DNA of 64,000 bases from an uncultured Pelagibacteraceae bacterium (lineage in GTDB: Bacteria > Pseudomonadota > Alphaproteobacteria > Pelagibacterales > Pelagibacteraceae), in assembly GCA_902559635.1 (NCBI GenBank), contig CACEIY010000003.1, positions 1,027 through 65,026 of the forward strand, in the 5' to 3' direction. Below, piece by piece: positions 38,863 to 48,042 of the stretch. Every line of letters begins with the position of its first letter. Positions within the stretch are counted from its first letter, which is position 1. Made by a program: the position numbers and the translations under genes. The notes below the pieces were generated by a model. That model ran no database searches, was not told the DNA's origin, and saw only the letters and a list, made by a program, of their open reading frames with translations.

Positions 38863-38938
38863 TATCTCCTTTAGTTATAATTTAATTGAAATTATTGTTG
38901 GGATATAGCATTGTCTTAATAACATATCAAATTTTTTT

Positions 38939-40114
38939 ATGAGTAGTTCTTTTAAGACATTTTTAAAGCACACAGCTAAAGATTTTCATAATCAATCAGT
39001 AAATCCTCCTGTAGTGAGAGCATCTACAATTATATTTAAGTCAATGAAGCATATCAGAAAGACTCAAGCTAAAGCTCTAAAAAATCCAACAGGAGGCCAT
39101 TATGATTATGGTAGACAAGGAACTTCAACAACTCACATACTTCAAAAAATACTTACAAAACTAGAGGAAAGCTATCATGTTTTCACTACTCCCACTGGTT
39201 TTGGTTCAGTCTTTCTTGCAATTTTTAGTATTGTAAGACCTGGAGATGAAATATTGGTATCTGATCCAGTTTATAGCCCGACAAGAATTTTAACAAAAGA
39301 TTTCCTTAAAGATTTTAATATAAAATCAATTTTTTATGATCCACATGATTTAAAAACATTGCAAAATAATATAACTAAAAAAACAAAATTAATTTTTGTT
39401 GAAAATCCAGGAAGTAATTCATTTGAATTTCAAGATTTAGGGAAAATTATTTCTATAGCGAAAAAGAACAAGTTAATTACAGCAATCGATAATACTTGGG
39501 CCACACCTTATTATTTCAAACCAATTAAATTTGGTTTTGATATGTCTATTGTATCTGCAACTAAATATTATTCAGGTCATTCAGATGTTATGGGAGGTAG
39601 TTTAGCAGTAAATAAAAAAGTTTTTAATAGAGTTAAAGCAGCTGAAAAAATTACAGGTTTAAGATTAGGACCAGATGACGCTTATTTAATCACTAGAGGA
39701 TTAAGAACTCTTGATATAAGACTAGATAGACACAGAGAAAACGCAAAAAAAGTTGCAGGTTTTTTATCTAAAAATAAAAAATTTAAATTACTCTATCCAT
39801 ATAAGAAAAACTCCTACAATTTTAGAATGTGGAAAAAATATTATTCTGGTGCCTCTGGTTTAATGGGATTAAAAATAAAAGCTAAAAATGTTAATTCAAT
39901 CAGAAAGTTTGTAAATTCACTTAAGTTGTTTGGATATGGGTATAGTTGGGGTGGGTTTGAAAGTTTAGTTTTACATCAAGAGTTTAGAGAAACTGGAAAC
40001 AGAAGGTATTTAAATTTAGCAAATAACGAACATCTTGTCAGATTGCATATAGGTCTAGAAGACCCCAATGACTTAATCGCAGATATTAAACAAGCATTAA
40101 GACACTTAAAATGA
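38939..40114 (+). CDS. metC: Cystathionine beta-lyase (Cys/Met PLP enzyme)
   Basis: 'VNPPVVRAST', 'YGRQG', 'DNTWAT', PLP-Lys 'SATKYYSGHSD', 'YSWGGFESL', 'RLHIGLED'. Confidence 0.9.
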   Translation: MSSSFKTFLKHTAKDFHNQSVNPPVVRASTIIFKSMKHIRKTQAKALKNPTGGHYDYGRQGTSTTHILQKILTKLEESYHVFTTPTGFGSVFLAIFSIVRPGDEILVSDPVYSPTRILTKDFLKDFNIKSIFYDPHDLKTLQNNITKKTKLIFVENPGSNSFEFQDLGKIISIAKKNKLITAIDNTWATPYYFKPIKFGFDMSIVSATKYYSGHSDVMGGSLAVNKKVFNRVKAAEKITGLRLGPDDAYLITRGLRTLDIRLDRHRENAKKVAGFLSKNKKFKLLYPYKKNSYNFRMWKKYYSGASGLMGLKIKAKNVNSIRKFVNSLKLFGYGYSWGGFESLVLHQEFRETGNRRYLNLANNEHLVRLHIGLEDPNDLIADIKQALRHLK

Positions 40115-41331
40115 GTTCAGAAAAATTTATTAGAAACAAAACTGCTTTAATGACCTTAGTTGCAGCAAGTTTAGTTGTTTTAATTTCATTAGGGGTAAGA
40201 CAAACTTTTGGTATGTTTTTCATGGATTTTAAAGATGACTTGGGAATTTCATTAACACAATCTGGTTTATCAATAGGTTTACAGATGCTGATGTGGGGAT
40301 TAACTGGCCCTATATTTGGAGCCATTGCAGATAAATATGGTGGGCATAAAGCTATATCATTAGCTTTTTTATTTTTTTTAGCAGGTGTTTATTTTCTTTA
40401 TGCAGGACCAAATACAGGAATATTTTTTCAAATTGATATGGGAATTTTAATTGGAATTGGTTTAGGTGGTACAGCGATAAGTATTCCTATGTCAATTGTC
40501 GGAAAGCATTTTCCATTATCTAACAGAACTATCGCAATGAGCATTGTGACCGCTGTAGGGTCTTTTGGGTATTTTTTGTCTCCTTTGTTAACAGAATATT
40601 CTTTAACAGAGAATGGATGGCAGAATACTCTATTAGCCTTTTTAATAACTTTAATGATAGGTTTAATAATATCATTTTTTGTAAGATCTCCATCTTCAGA
40701 GCAGAGCATTGAACAACCTAATAATCAGGGTACATTAGATGCTATCAAAGAAGCTTTTGGAAACAAAAGTTATGTGCTTTTAGTATCAGGATTTTTTGTT
40801 TGTGGGTTTCATATTACTTTAGTTGGCACTCATGTTCCAACTTATGTGATAGATCGAGGTTTAGAAAGCTGGACAGCTGCCGCAATTTTATCATTAATTG
40901 GCTTATTTAATATTTTTGGTTCACTATTAAGTGGTTATCTCTCATCTTTTATGAGTAAAAAAATAATATTAAGCGTAATTTATACTTTAAGAGGCATTTC
41001 GATTATTTTATTTATATTCTTACCAGCGAGTAATATTAACGCTTTTATATTTGGAGCAAGTTTTGGATTTTTATGGCTTTCTACTGTTCCAGCAACTAGT
41101 GGAATAGTTGCTCATATATTTGGAACAAAATATTTAGGTTTATTATATGGTATAGTCTTTTTAAGCCATCAAGTAGGTTCATTCTTTGGGGCTTATTTAG
41201 GTGGATTATTTCATGATCTTTATGGATCTTATAATTATGCGTGGTATTTAGCAATTGCTTTATCTGTATTTGCAGCAATAATTCACTTACCTATTAAAGA
41301 GCAACCAGTTTTGAGATTGAAAACAGAATAA
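40111..41331 (+). CDS. MFS transporter
   Basis: Multiple TM segments, 'GAIADKYG', 'FFVCGFH', 'SHQVGSF'. Confidence 0.9.
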   Translation: MSSEKFIRNKTALMTLVAASLVVLISLGVRQTFGMFFMDFKDDLGISLTQSGLSIGLQMLMWGLTGPIFGAIADKYGGHKAISLAFLFFLAGVYFLYAGPNTGIFFQIDMGILIGIGLGGTAISIPMSIVGKHFPLSNRTIAMSIVTAVGSFGYFLSPLLTEYSLTENGWQNTLLAFLITLMIGLIISFFVRSPSSEQSIEQPNNQGTLDAIKEAFGNKSYVLLVSGFFVCGFHITLVGTHVPTYVIDRGLESWTAAAILSLIGLFNIFGSLLSGYLSSFMSKKIILSVIYTLRGISIILFIFLPASNINAFIFGASFGFLWLSTVPATSGIVAHIFGTKYLGLLYGIVFLSHQVGSFFGAYLGGLFHDLYGSYNYAWYLAIALSVFAAIIHLPIKEQPVLRLKTE

Positions 41332-41332
41332 A

Positions 41333-42493
41333 TTGAATATAACAAATCAACTTACACAATTACACAATTCAGGAAAACCTTATATTATTTATAAATCTAA
41401 TAAAGGATTTAATTTATATACTGATTTTTCAAAAAAAATTATATTAAATAATAAAAATATTTATTCTTTTTTAAATAAAAAAAAAAAAATTAAGAAATCT
41501 AAAAATACAGACCTTTTCATAGGTTTTTTTGGATATGAATTATTGAATAATTTGATAGGCATAAAAATTCCAAAACAAAAAAATATTAACCTCCCAAAAG
41601 GTATTTTTTATAAACCAGAAATTAAAATCAGTTTACCAAATAACTTAAATTATAGAGATGATAATTGTGCTAAAAAAAAGAATAATTTTAAAATCAATAT
41701 AAATAAAAAATCTTATTCAAAAATTTTTGATAAATTTAAAAAAAAAATTAAAAGTGGTGAAACTTACCAAATTAAAATTTGTACAAAATATAAAACAATT
41801 TCAAAAATAAATCCTTTAGATTTTTTTTGTAGATTGTCAAAGACAAATTTAGCTCCAGAAGCTTTTATGATTAAAGATAAAAATTATTCAATAATAAGTT
41901 GTTCACCTGAAAATTTGGTGACTAAAAAAGGCTCTTTAATAACTACAAAACCTATAGCTGGAACTGTAAAAAAAAATAAAAATATGAACAAAATTAAGGC
42001 TTTAAATTATTTTAAAAAAAACATTAAAGAGACCAAAGAACATAATATGATAGTTGATATGGAAAGAAATGATTTATCTCGTATATGTAAAGTAGGTACA
42101 GTTAAATTATCAAAAGCAAAAGTTGTAGAAGAATATAAAGATCTTTTTCATTATGTTAGCTTAATAAAAGGTAAATTAAAAAAAAATACAAAAAATATCG
42201 ATGTTATTAAAGCTATGATGCCAGGAGGTTCTGTCATTGGCTGTCCTAAAATAAACACTCTTAATCTTTTAAATAATCAAGAAAAAGAAAATAGAAATAT
42301 CTACACTGGAAGTTTTGGTTATATAAAGTTTAATGGAGATATGAGATTTAATATCATTATTAGATCAATTTTAAATTTTAAAAATATATCAGAAATTTCA
42401 GTTGCTTCAGGTGTAGTAGTAGACAGTAATGTCCAGCATGAATTTAATGAAAATTATATAAAAGCAAAAGCATTAATTGATTTGTTTAAATGA
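41333..42493 (+). CDS. pabB: Chorismate-binding enzyme, probable aminodeoxychorismate synthase component I (short N-terminus)
   Basis: 'GETYQ', 'SPE', 'KPIAGT', 'EHNMIVDMERNDL', 'PGGSVIGCPK', 'FNIIIRS'; clustered with GATase and class IV aminotransferase. Confidence 0.75.
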   Translation: MNITNQLTQLHNSGKPYIIYKSNKGFNLYTDFSKKIILNNKNIYSFLNKKKKIKKSKNTDLFIGFFGYELLNNLIGIKIPKQKNINLPKGIFYKPEIKISLPNNLNYRDDNCAKKKNNFKININKKSYSKIFDKFKKKIKSGETYQIKICTKYKTISKINPLDFFCRLSKTNLAPEAFMIKDKNYSIISCSPENLVTKKGSLITTKPIAGTVKKNKNMNKIKALNYFKKNIKETKEHNMIVDMERNDLSRICKVGTVKLSKAKVVEEYKDLFHYVSLIKGKLKKNTKNIDVIKAMMPGGSVIGCPKINTLNLLNNQEKENRNIYTGSFGYIKFNGDMRFNIIIRSILNFKNISEISVASGVVVDSNVQHEFNENYIKAKALIDLFK

Positions 42494-43047
42494 TTTACCT
42501 AATTGACCATAACGATTCATTTACTCACAATGTAGTTCATCAATTTTCATTATTTGATAAAGTTGAATGTGATAATTATAATAATATAAGTAAAAACAAA
42601 CTGGAAAAAGCATCAGCAATTGTTTTATCACCTGGACCTGGAAGTCCAAAAAGTTATCCAATAACTTCAAAAATTTACAGGAAATTTAAGGGTAAAAAAA
42701 AAATAATTGGTATTTGTCTAGGTTTTCAACAAATATTATTTTGTGAAGGAGCAAAAATAGTTGAACAAAAAAAAATTTATCACGGATTTCAATCTAATAT
42801 CCAGGTGATAAGTGATAAATCATTATTTAAAAAAGGCAAAAAATTTAAAGTAGGTCGATATCATTCTTTAAAATTAAAAGAACCTTTTAAAATTAAAGAT
42901 TTTGAGATAACTATGAGATGTTTAGAATCAAAAGTTGCAATGTCTTTTGAAAATAACAAAAATAAAATTTATGGTTTTCAATTTCATCCGGAATCATTTT
43001 TAACTATCAATGGTAATTTACTCATTAAAAAAATCTTATCGGCTTAA
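42490..43047 (+). CDS. pabA: Glutamine amidotransferase component II (PabA/TrpG)
   Basis: 'IDHNDSFT', 'SPGPG', 'GICLGFQ', 'RYHSL', 'QFHPES'. Confidence 0.8.
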   Translation: MIYLIDHNDSFTHNVVHQFSLFDKVECDNYNNISKNKLEKASAIVLSPGPGSPKSYPITSKIYRKFKGKKKIIGICLGFQQILFCEGAKIVEQKKIYHGFQSNIQVISDKSLFKKGKKFKVGRYHSLKLKEPFKIKDFEITMRCLESKVAMSFENNKNKIYGFQFHPESFLTINGNLLIKKILSA

Positions 43048-43783
43048 AAATTTAGAGGAGATAAATTTTAGAGATTTGTGGGGTGATCATGGTATTTTTA
43101 CTACAATGTGGATTTTTGGAAAACCACCTAAGATTTTATTTTTTAAAAATCATATTAAAAATTTAATTAAATCTCTTAAAAAATATGGAATTAAAAAAAG
43201 ATTTATCAATAAAGATATTCTTAAAATTATAAATAAAAATTTATCAAAAAAAAAAAATTATAATCATTTACTTAGAGTTGCTTTAAATAAAAAAATTATT
43301 TCAATATCTCTCAGAAAAAGATTGCCTCCAAAAATAAATTTTGAATTAAAACTTGTAAATTTAAAGAGAGAAAACCCTCAATATAAAAATTTAAAATATA
43401 AAAAAATTTTATCACATTTATCTAAAATGGATAATTCAAAATCAGATATTGCACTTGTTTCTAAAAAGAAAATTTTGGAAACTGGAACATCCAATCTTTT
43501 ATTTATAAAAGATAAAAAAGTTTTCACACCTAAAAAGAATATCTATGAAGGAAATACTTATAAATATTTTAAAACAAAAGTTAAAAAAATAATTAAAAAA
43601 GATATTTTAATTAAAGAATTAAAAAATTACGATGAAATTCTATTAGTTGGATCTGGCAAAGGTGTCGCTTCAGTTAAACAAATTAAACAAATAGAATGGA
43701 AAAGAAAAAATTTAAGCCAATATAAAATTTTTTTTAAAAATTATCGTTTAGCAATTAATAACTGTAAATTTCATAAATTTTAA
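43010..43783 (+). CDS. pabC: Class IV aminotransferase, probable aminodeoxychorismate lyase
   Basis: 'GDHGIFTTM', 'LETGTSNL', 'EG.T', 'DEILLVGS'; operon context. Confidence 0.65.
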   Translation: MVIYSLKKSYRLKNLEEINFRDLWGDHGIFTTMWIFGKPPKILFFKNHIKNLIKSLKKYGIKKRFINKDILKIINKNLSKKKNYNHLLRVALNKKIISISLRKRLPPKINFELKLVNLKRENPQYKNLKYKKILSHLSKMDNSKSDIALVSKKKILETGTSNLLFIKDKKVFTPKKNIYEGNTYKYFKTKVKKIIKKDILIKELKNYDEILLVGSGKGVASVKQIKQIEWKRKNLSQYKIFFKNYRLAINNCKFHKF

Positions 43784-43784
43784 T

Positions 43785-44183
43785 ATGAGAGATCCAAATA
43801 ATCCATGTTTATTTTGTAATGCTAAAGAAAGTGAATATATTTTCGAAAATGATCTTGCTTATGCAAGTTATGACTCTTATCCTGTTACAGAAAATCATTG
43901 TCTAATTATTCCAAAAAGACATATTAAAAATTACTTTGATTTATCAAACCACGAACTTATTGCTTGTAATGATCTAATTAAAATAATCAAAGATGAAATA
44001 ACCAATAAAGACCAAACTATAAAAGGTTTTAATATCGGAACAAATATTGGAAAAGTTTCAGGTCAGTCTATTTTACACTGTCATATACACTTGATTCCTC
44101 GTAGAGAAGGAGATGTAGACAATCCTCAAGGAGGAGTGAGATCTGTCATTCCAAACAAGCAACACTATAAACGTAAAATATAG
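43785..44183 (+). CDS. HIT family nucleotide hydrolase
   Basis: 'CLFC', 'HCLIIPKRH', 'GFNIG.N.G..SGQ', histidine triad 'HCHIHLIPR'. Confidence 0.92.
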   Translation: MRDPNNPCLFCNAKESEYIFENDLAYASYDSYPVTENHCLIIPKRHIKNYFDLSNHELIACNDLIKIIKDEITNKDQTIKGFNIGTNIGKVSGQSILHCHIHLIPRREGDVDNPQGGVRSVIPNKQHYKRKI

Positions 44184-44278
44184 CCTGTTATCAAAGATAA
44201 ATTGGCCAGAGTTAGTAGTTGATCTATTTTTTTAAGTAGATTAGACATCTTTAAAATAATTTGAAAATAATCTAACAT

Positions 44279-45082
44279 ATGGCGGCCATGTTACAAACAA
44301 ATCCATTTTCTATTTTAGCAGAAATAATTACTCCTTTAGCAATGCAAGGTTTTATAATTTTAATGATAGTTTTAATTATAGCTGGAACTATAATTCAAAT
44401 GATTCATCATAAAAATCTTACTTATTTTTTTAACAATGCTAAAAAAGCAAAATTAGCAGCAACAAAAAAATTGGGTATTGGAGAAAGAACATCGATAATT
44501 GCAAAAACGGCAGTTTTAGACATTGGTACGACCTCAGAACTTGGTTTTGGAAAAAGAAGATTAGCGCACGTTCTAGGAATGTATGGAACAATATTATTTT
44601 GGTTATCATCTGTAGTTTTAGTTTTTTGTTATACAGGAGAAGGTAAATCTAATTCTGAAATATGGTCAATACTTTGGCACTTAGGTGCTATTTTAACTTG
44701 TTTAGGTGGATATTGGTTTTGGTTTTTTTTAAGAGTTGATGTGTCTTCAGAAGCTCACCCTTGGTATAGAATAATTAAAGCGGATTTATTTGTTTTAGCT
44801 TTATTAGCATGTTCAACTTTTGGATTAATTTGGTCTTATACACAATTTAATGATCAGATGAGTCTTTCTTATCTATTTTTAACTTTATTTATATCTTCTA
44901 ATTTAATTTTATTTGGTGGTGTTTATTGGTCTAAGTTTGCTCATATGTTTTATAAACCAGGAGCTGCAATACAAAAAAATTTAGCTGAAGCAGACGGATC
45001 AAGAGATAATCTTCCTCCACCAGCGGATGCACCTGAGCAATTTGGCCTAGGTATAAAAAGAGAAGAGCCAAAACATTATTAA
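44279..45082 (+). CDS. aprM: APS reductase membrane anchor
   Basis: Multi-TM protein, 'RRLAHVLGMYG', 'WSKFAHMFYKP'; directly upstream of aprB. Confidence 0.9.
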   Translation: MAAMLQTNPFSILAEIITPLAMQGFIILMIVLIIAGTIIQMIHHKNLTYFFNNAKKAKLAATKKLGIGERTSIIAKTAVLDIGTTSELGFGKRRLAHVLGMYGTILFWLSSVVLVFCYTGEGKSNSEIWSILWHLGAILTCLGGYWFWFFLRVDVSSEAHPWYRIIKADLFVLALLACSTFGLIWSYTQFNDQMSLSYLFLTLFISSNLILFGGVYWSKFAHMFYKPGAAIQKNLAEADGSRDNLPPPADAPEQFGLGIKREEPKHY

Positions 45083-45113
45083 TATGCTATTAGAAAAAGG
45101 AAAATAATAAATT

Positions 45114-45584
45114 ATGTCAACATTTGTATACATGACTAGGTGTGATGGATGTGGTCATTGTGTAGATATTTGCCCATCAGATATTATGCACATTGATGAA
45201 AACATTAGACGTGCAAAAAACATAGAACCAAATTTTTGTTGGGAATGTTATTCATGTGTGAAGGCATGTCCAAATCACGCAATTGATGTTAGGGGTTATG
45301 CAGACTTTGCTCCTATGGGTCATAGCGTAAGAGTAAGAAGAGAGGAAGAAAAAGGAACAATTTCTTGGAAAATAAAATTCAGAAATGGAACAGAGAAAAA
45401 CTTTGTATCTCCAATAACAACTAAACCTTGGGGTAAATTTATTCCTAAACTTGCTGAAGGTGATAAACCTAATCAAGGTGAAATAAATTCTCAAAGACTA
45501 TATAATGAACCTGAAGGTTTAAATACTAAAAAAGAATTACCATCTGTTCCTAAAGAGTCTTTTAAAAAAGGTGTCTATTATTAA
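45114..45584 (+). CDS. aprB: Adenylylsulfate reductase beta subunit
   Basis: Two 4Fe-4S motifs (CDGCGHCVDICP; CWECYSCVKACP), 'VRGYADF'. Confidence 0.96.
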   Translation: MSTFVYMTRCDGCGHCVDICPSDIMHIDENIRRAKNIEPNFCWECYSCVKACPNHAIDVRGYADFAPMGHSVRVRREEEKGTISWKIKFRNGTEKNFVSPITTKPWGKFIPKLAEGDKPNQGEINSQRLYNEPEGLNTKKELPSVPKESFKKGVYY

Positions 45585-47443
45585 TGGCTAAACACAAAAC
45601 TCATTTTGAAGATTGTGACGTGTTAGTTGTAGGTGGAGGTATGGCTGGCACAGGTGCTACTTTTGAAGCTAGACATTGGGGTAGAGACTTAAAGATTGTT
45701 TGTGTAGAAAAAGCAAATATTGATAGAAGTGGAGCAGTAGCCCAAGGTCTGTATGCAATAAATTGTTATATGGGAATGCAATGGGACGAAAACCAACCAG
45801 AAGATCATGTGAGATATGCTCGTAATGATTTAATGGGCTTGGTTAGAGAAGATTTAGGTTATGACATGGCTCGTCATGTAGATTCAACAGTACATATGTT
45901 TGATGAATGGGGCTTACCTATGATGAAAAATGAAAAAACTGGAAGATATTTAAGGGAAGGTAAATGGCAAATAATGATCCATGGAGAAAGCTATAAACCA
46001 ATTGTTGCTGAAGCTGCAAAAAAATCTGCTGATAAAATTTATAATAGAATAATGATTACTCATCTTCTAATGGATGAGTCTCAAGATAATAGAGTAGGCG
46101 GAGCTGTAGGTTTTAATATGAGAACTGGAGACTTCCATGTTTTTAGAGCAAAAACTGTAATCGTTGCAGCAGGTGGAGCATCTCACATTTTTAAACCTAG
46201 AGCTGTTGGAGAAGGAATGGGTAGAACATGGTATGCCCCTTGGAGCAATGGTTCAGCTTATGCTTTACCTATTGCAGCAGGAGCAAAAATGACTCAAATG
46301 GAAAATAGAATTGTTTTATGTAGATTTAAAGATGGATATGGACCAGTTGGAGCTTATTTTTTACACTTAAAAACTTACACACAAAATGCAAATGGAGAAA
46401 ACTACGAGAAGAAATGGTATGATCAAACTAAAGAACTAGTAGGAGAATATATTGATCACCATCCAACACCTACTTGTTTAAGAAATCATGCGTTCATCCA
46501 AGAAGTAGCTTCAGGTGGAGGACCAATCCATATGGTTACTACTGAAGCTTTTCAAGATCCTCATTTAGAAACTGTTGGCTGGGAGAATTTTTTAGGAATG
46601 ACAGTAGGTCAAGCAGTTGTTTGGGCATCTCAAAATATTGATCCTAAATACACAAATCCTGAATTAACAACATCTGAACCATATGTAATGGGTTCACATG
46701 CTACTTGTTCAGGAGCCTGGGTTAGCGGTCCTGAAGATTTATCACCACCGGAGTATTTTTGGGGGTACAATAGAATGCTTACAGTAGATGGTTTATTTGG
46801 TGCTGGAGACACAGTTGGTGGAAGCGCACATAAATTTTCATCTGGATCTTTTACTGAAGGTAGATTGGCTGCGAAAGCGGCAGTTAAATATATAGAGGAT
46901 AAAAAAGCAGAAGGATTAAAAGTATCTGATAAACAGTGTGAAGATTTTAAGGCTATGATCTACAAACCTTTAGAAAACTACACTATAGCTCAAAATGAAA
47001 TTACAGGAGGAACAGTTTCTCCAAGTTATATATCTCCAATTCAAGGACTTCAAAGATTACAAAAAATTATGGATGAATATGTTGGAGGAATTACTTCGAA
47101 CTATATGACGAATAATAATATGCTTAAAAGAGGTCTTGAACTATTAGATTGGCTTCAAGAAGATTTAGAACAAATTGGAGCTGAAGATTATCATCAGTTG
47201 ATGAGAGCTTGGGAGCTGAAACATAGAGCTTTAACTTCACAATGTGTAACAGAACATACATTATTTAGGGAGGAAACTCGTTGGCCAGGTTATTATTATA
47301 GAGGGGATCATATGAAACTAGATGATGAAAACTGGCATTGTTTAACAGTTTCTAGGAGAGACCCTAAAACAGGTAAGTTTAGTATGGAAAAAGTACCAGT
47401 TTATCACATCGTCGATGAGAAAGAGAAAAAAAAGGCTTCTTAA
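45584..47443 (+). CDS. aprA: Adenylylsulfate reductase alpha subunit
   Basis: 'RSGAVAQGL.AIN', 'GKWQIMIHGESYK', 'FKDGYGPVGA', 'HKFSSGSFTEGR'. Confidence 0.97.
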   Translation: MAKHKTHFEDCDVLVVGGGMAGTGATFEARHWGRDLKIVCVEKANIDRSGAVAQGLYAINCYMGMQWDENQPEDHVRYARNDLMGLVREDLGYDMARHVDSTVHMFDEWGLPMMKNEKTGRYLREGKWQIMIHGESYKPIVAEAAKKSADKIYNRIMITHLLMDESQDNRVGGAVGFNMRTGDFHVFRAKTVIVAAGGASHIFKPRAVGEGMGRTWYAPWSNGSAYALPIAAGAKMTQMENRIVLCRFKDGYGPVGAYFLHLKTYTQNANGENYEKKWYDQTKELVGEYIDHHPTPTCLRNHAFIQEVASGGGPIHMVTTEAFQDPHLETVGWENFLGMTVGQAVVWASQNIDPKYTNPELTTSEPYVMGSHATCSGAWVSGPEDLSPPEYFWGYNRMLTVDGLFGAGDTVGGSAHKFSSGSFTEGRLAAKAAVKYIEDKKAEGLKVSDKQCEDFKAMIYKPLENYTIAQNEITGGTVSPSYISPIQGLQRLQKIMDEYVGGITSNYMTNNNMLKRGLELLDWLQEDLEQIGAEDYHQLMRAWELKHRALTSQCVTEHTLFREETRWPGYYYRGDHMKLDDENWHCLTVSRRDPKTGKFSMEKVPVYHIVDEKEKKKAS

Positions 47444-47467
47444 TATTTAATTAAAGAATAAATACCC

Positions 47468-47818
47468 ATGGATCTATTATCTAAATCTGATGAGGAGATT
47501 TTCGCGATAGGTAAACCCTTCTGGGATAATTTGATAAGATCCTCAAATCTTAAAGATTATGGGAGTTTTACTAAAGATTTTTCAACTCAAATGTTGTTCG
47601 GTGCAAATGAAGTAGAGCTTGGTAAGCAATGGGCAAACAACGAACTTATCACCAATTTAAATGAAACTTATGAGCCTTTTGGAACCTTAAGAAGGGGTGA
47701 GCACATAACTGTTTTGATCAAGCAAACAAATAAGAAAATTCCTGGGGAATTTTTAGGAAGACTGGTCTTAGGAGTGGAAGACGGCACGGTAAAGGTCTTT
47801 GGTGCAACAATTTATTAA
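47468..47818 (+). CDS. Hypothetical protein (116 aa)
   Basis: Intact ORF after aprA; no recognised motif. Confidence 0.7.
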   Translation: MDLLSKSDEEIFAIGKPFWDNLIRSSNLKDYGSFTKDFSTQMLFGANEVELGKQWANNELITNLNETYEPFGTLRRGEHITVLIKQTNKKIPGEFLGRLVLGVEDGTVKVFGATIY

Positions 47819-47881
47819 AAAAAAAGTTTCTATATAATTTTAGTTTGACAATTTTTTTACTAGGTGTATTGAGAAATATAG

Positions 47882-48016
47882 ATGCATCTTCCAAATATAA
47901 AAATTCCTCAAAAACTTGTAGAAAAAAAGACAACATTTATTAAAACTGGAATTTTTTCAGCGATAGCTGCTTGTTGGGGCGTGATCTTAGTTGGAACTTT
48001 TCTAACTTTTAAATAA
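47882..48016 (+). CDS. Small C-terminal-TM protein (44 aa), not in ORF track
   Basis: Read by hand: MHLPNIKIPQKLVEKKTTFIKTGIFSAIAACWGVILVGTFLTFK; TTGACA at 47845 and GAGA upstream. Confidence 0.55.
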   Translation: MHLPNIKIPQKLVEKKTTFIKTGIFSAIAACWGVILVGTFLTFK

Positions 48017-48042
48017 ATTATAGTTATAATTTTTATTTTTAG

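Noticed and set aside
44279-47443. Dissimilatory sulfate reduction
   Set aside because: AprM-anchored aprBA is the oxidative-type arrangement; no dsrAB, qmo or sat in the window, and the context is sulfonate catabolism.
47718-47936. 72-aa minus-strand ORF from the track
   Set aside because: It overlaps the 47468-47818 gene and is antisense to a better-supported 44-aa plus-strand ORF.
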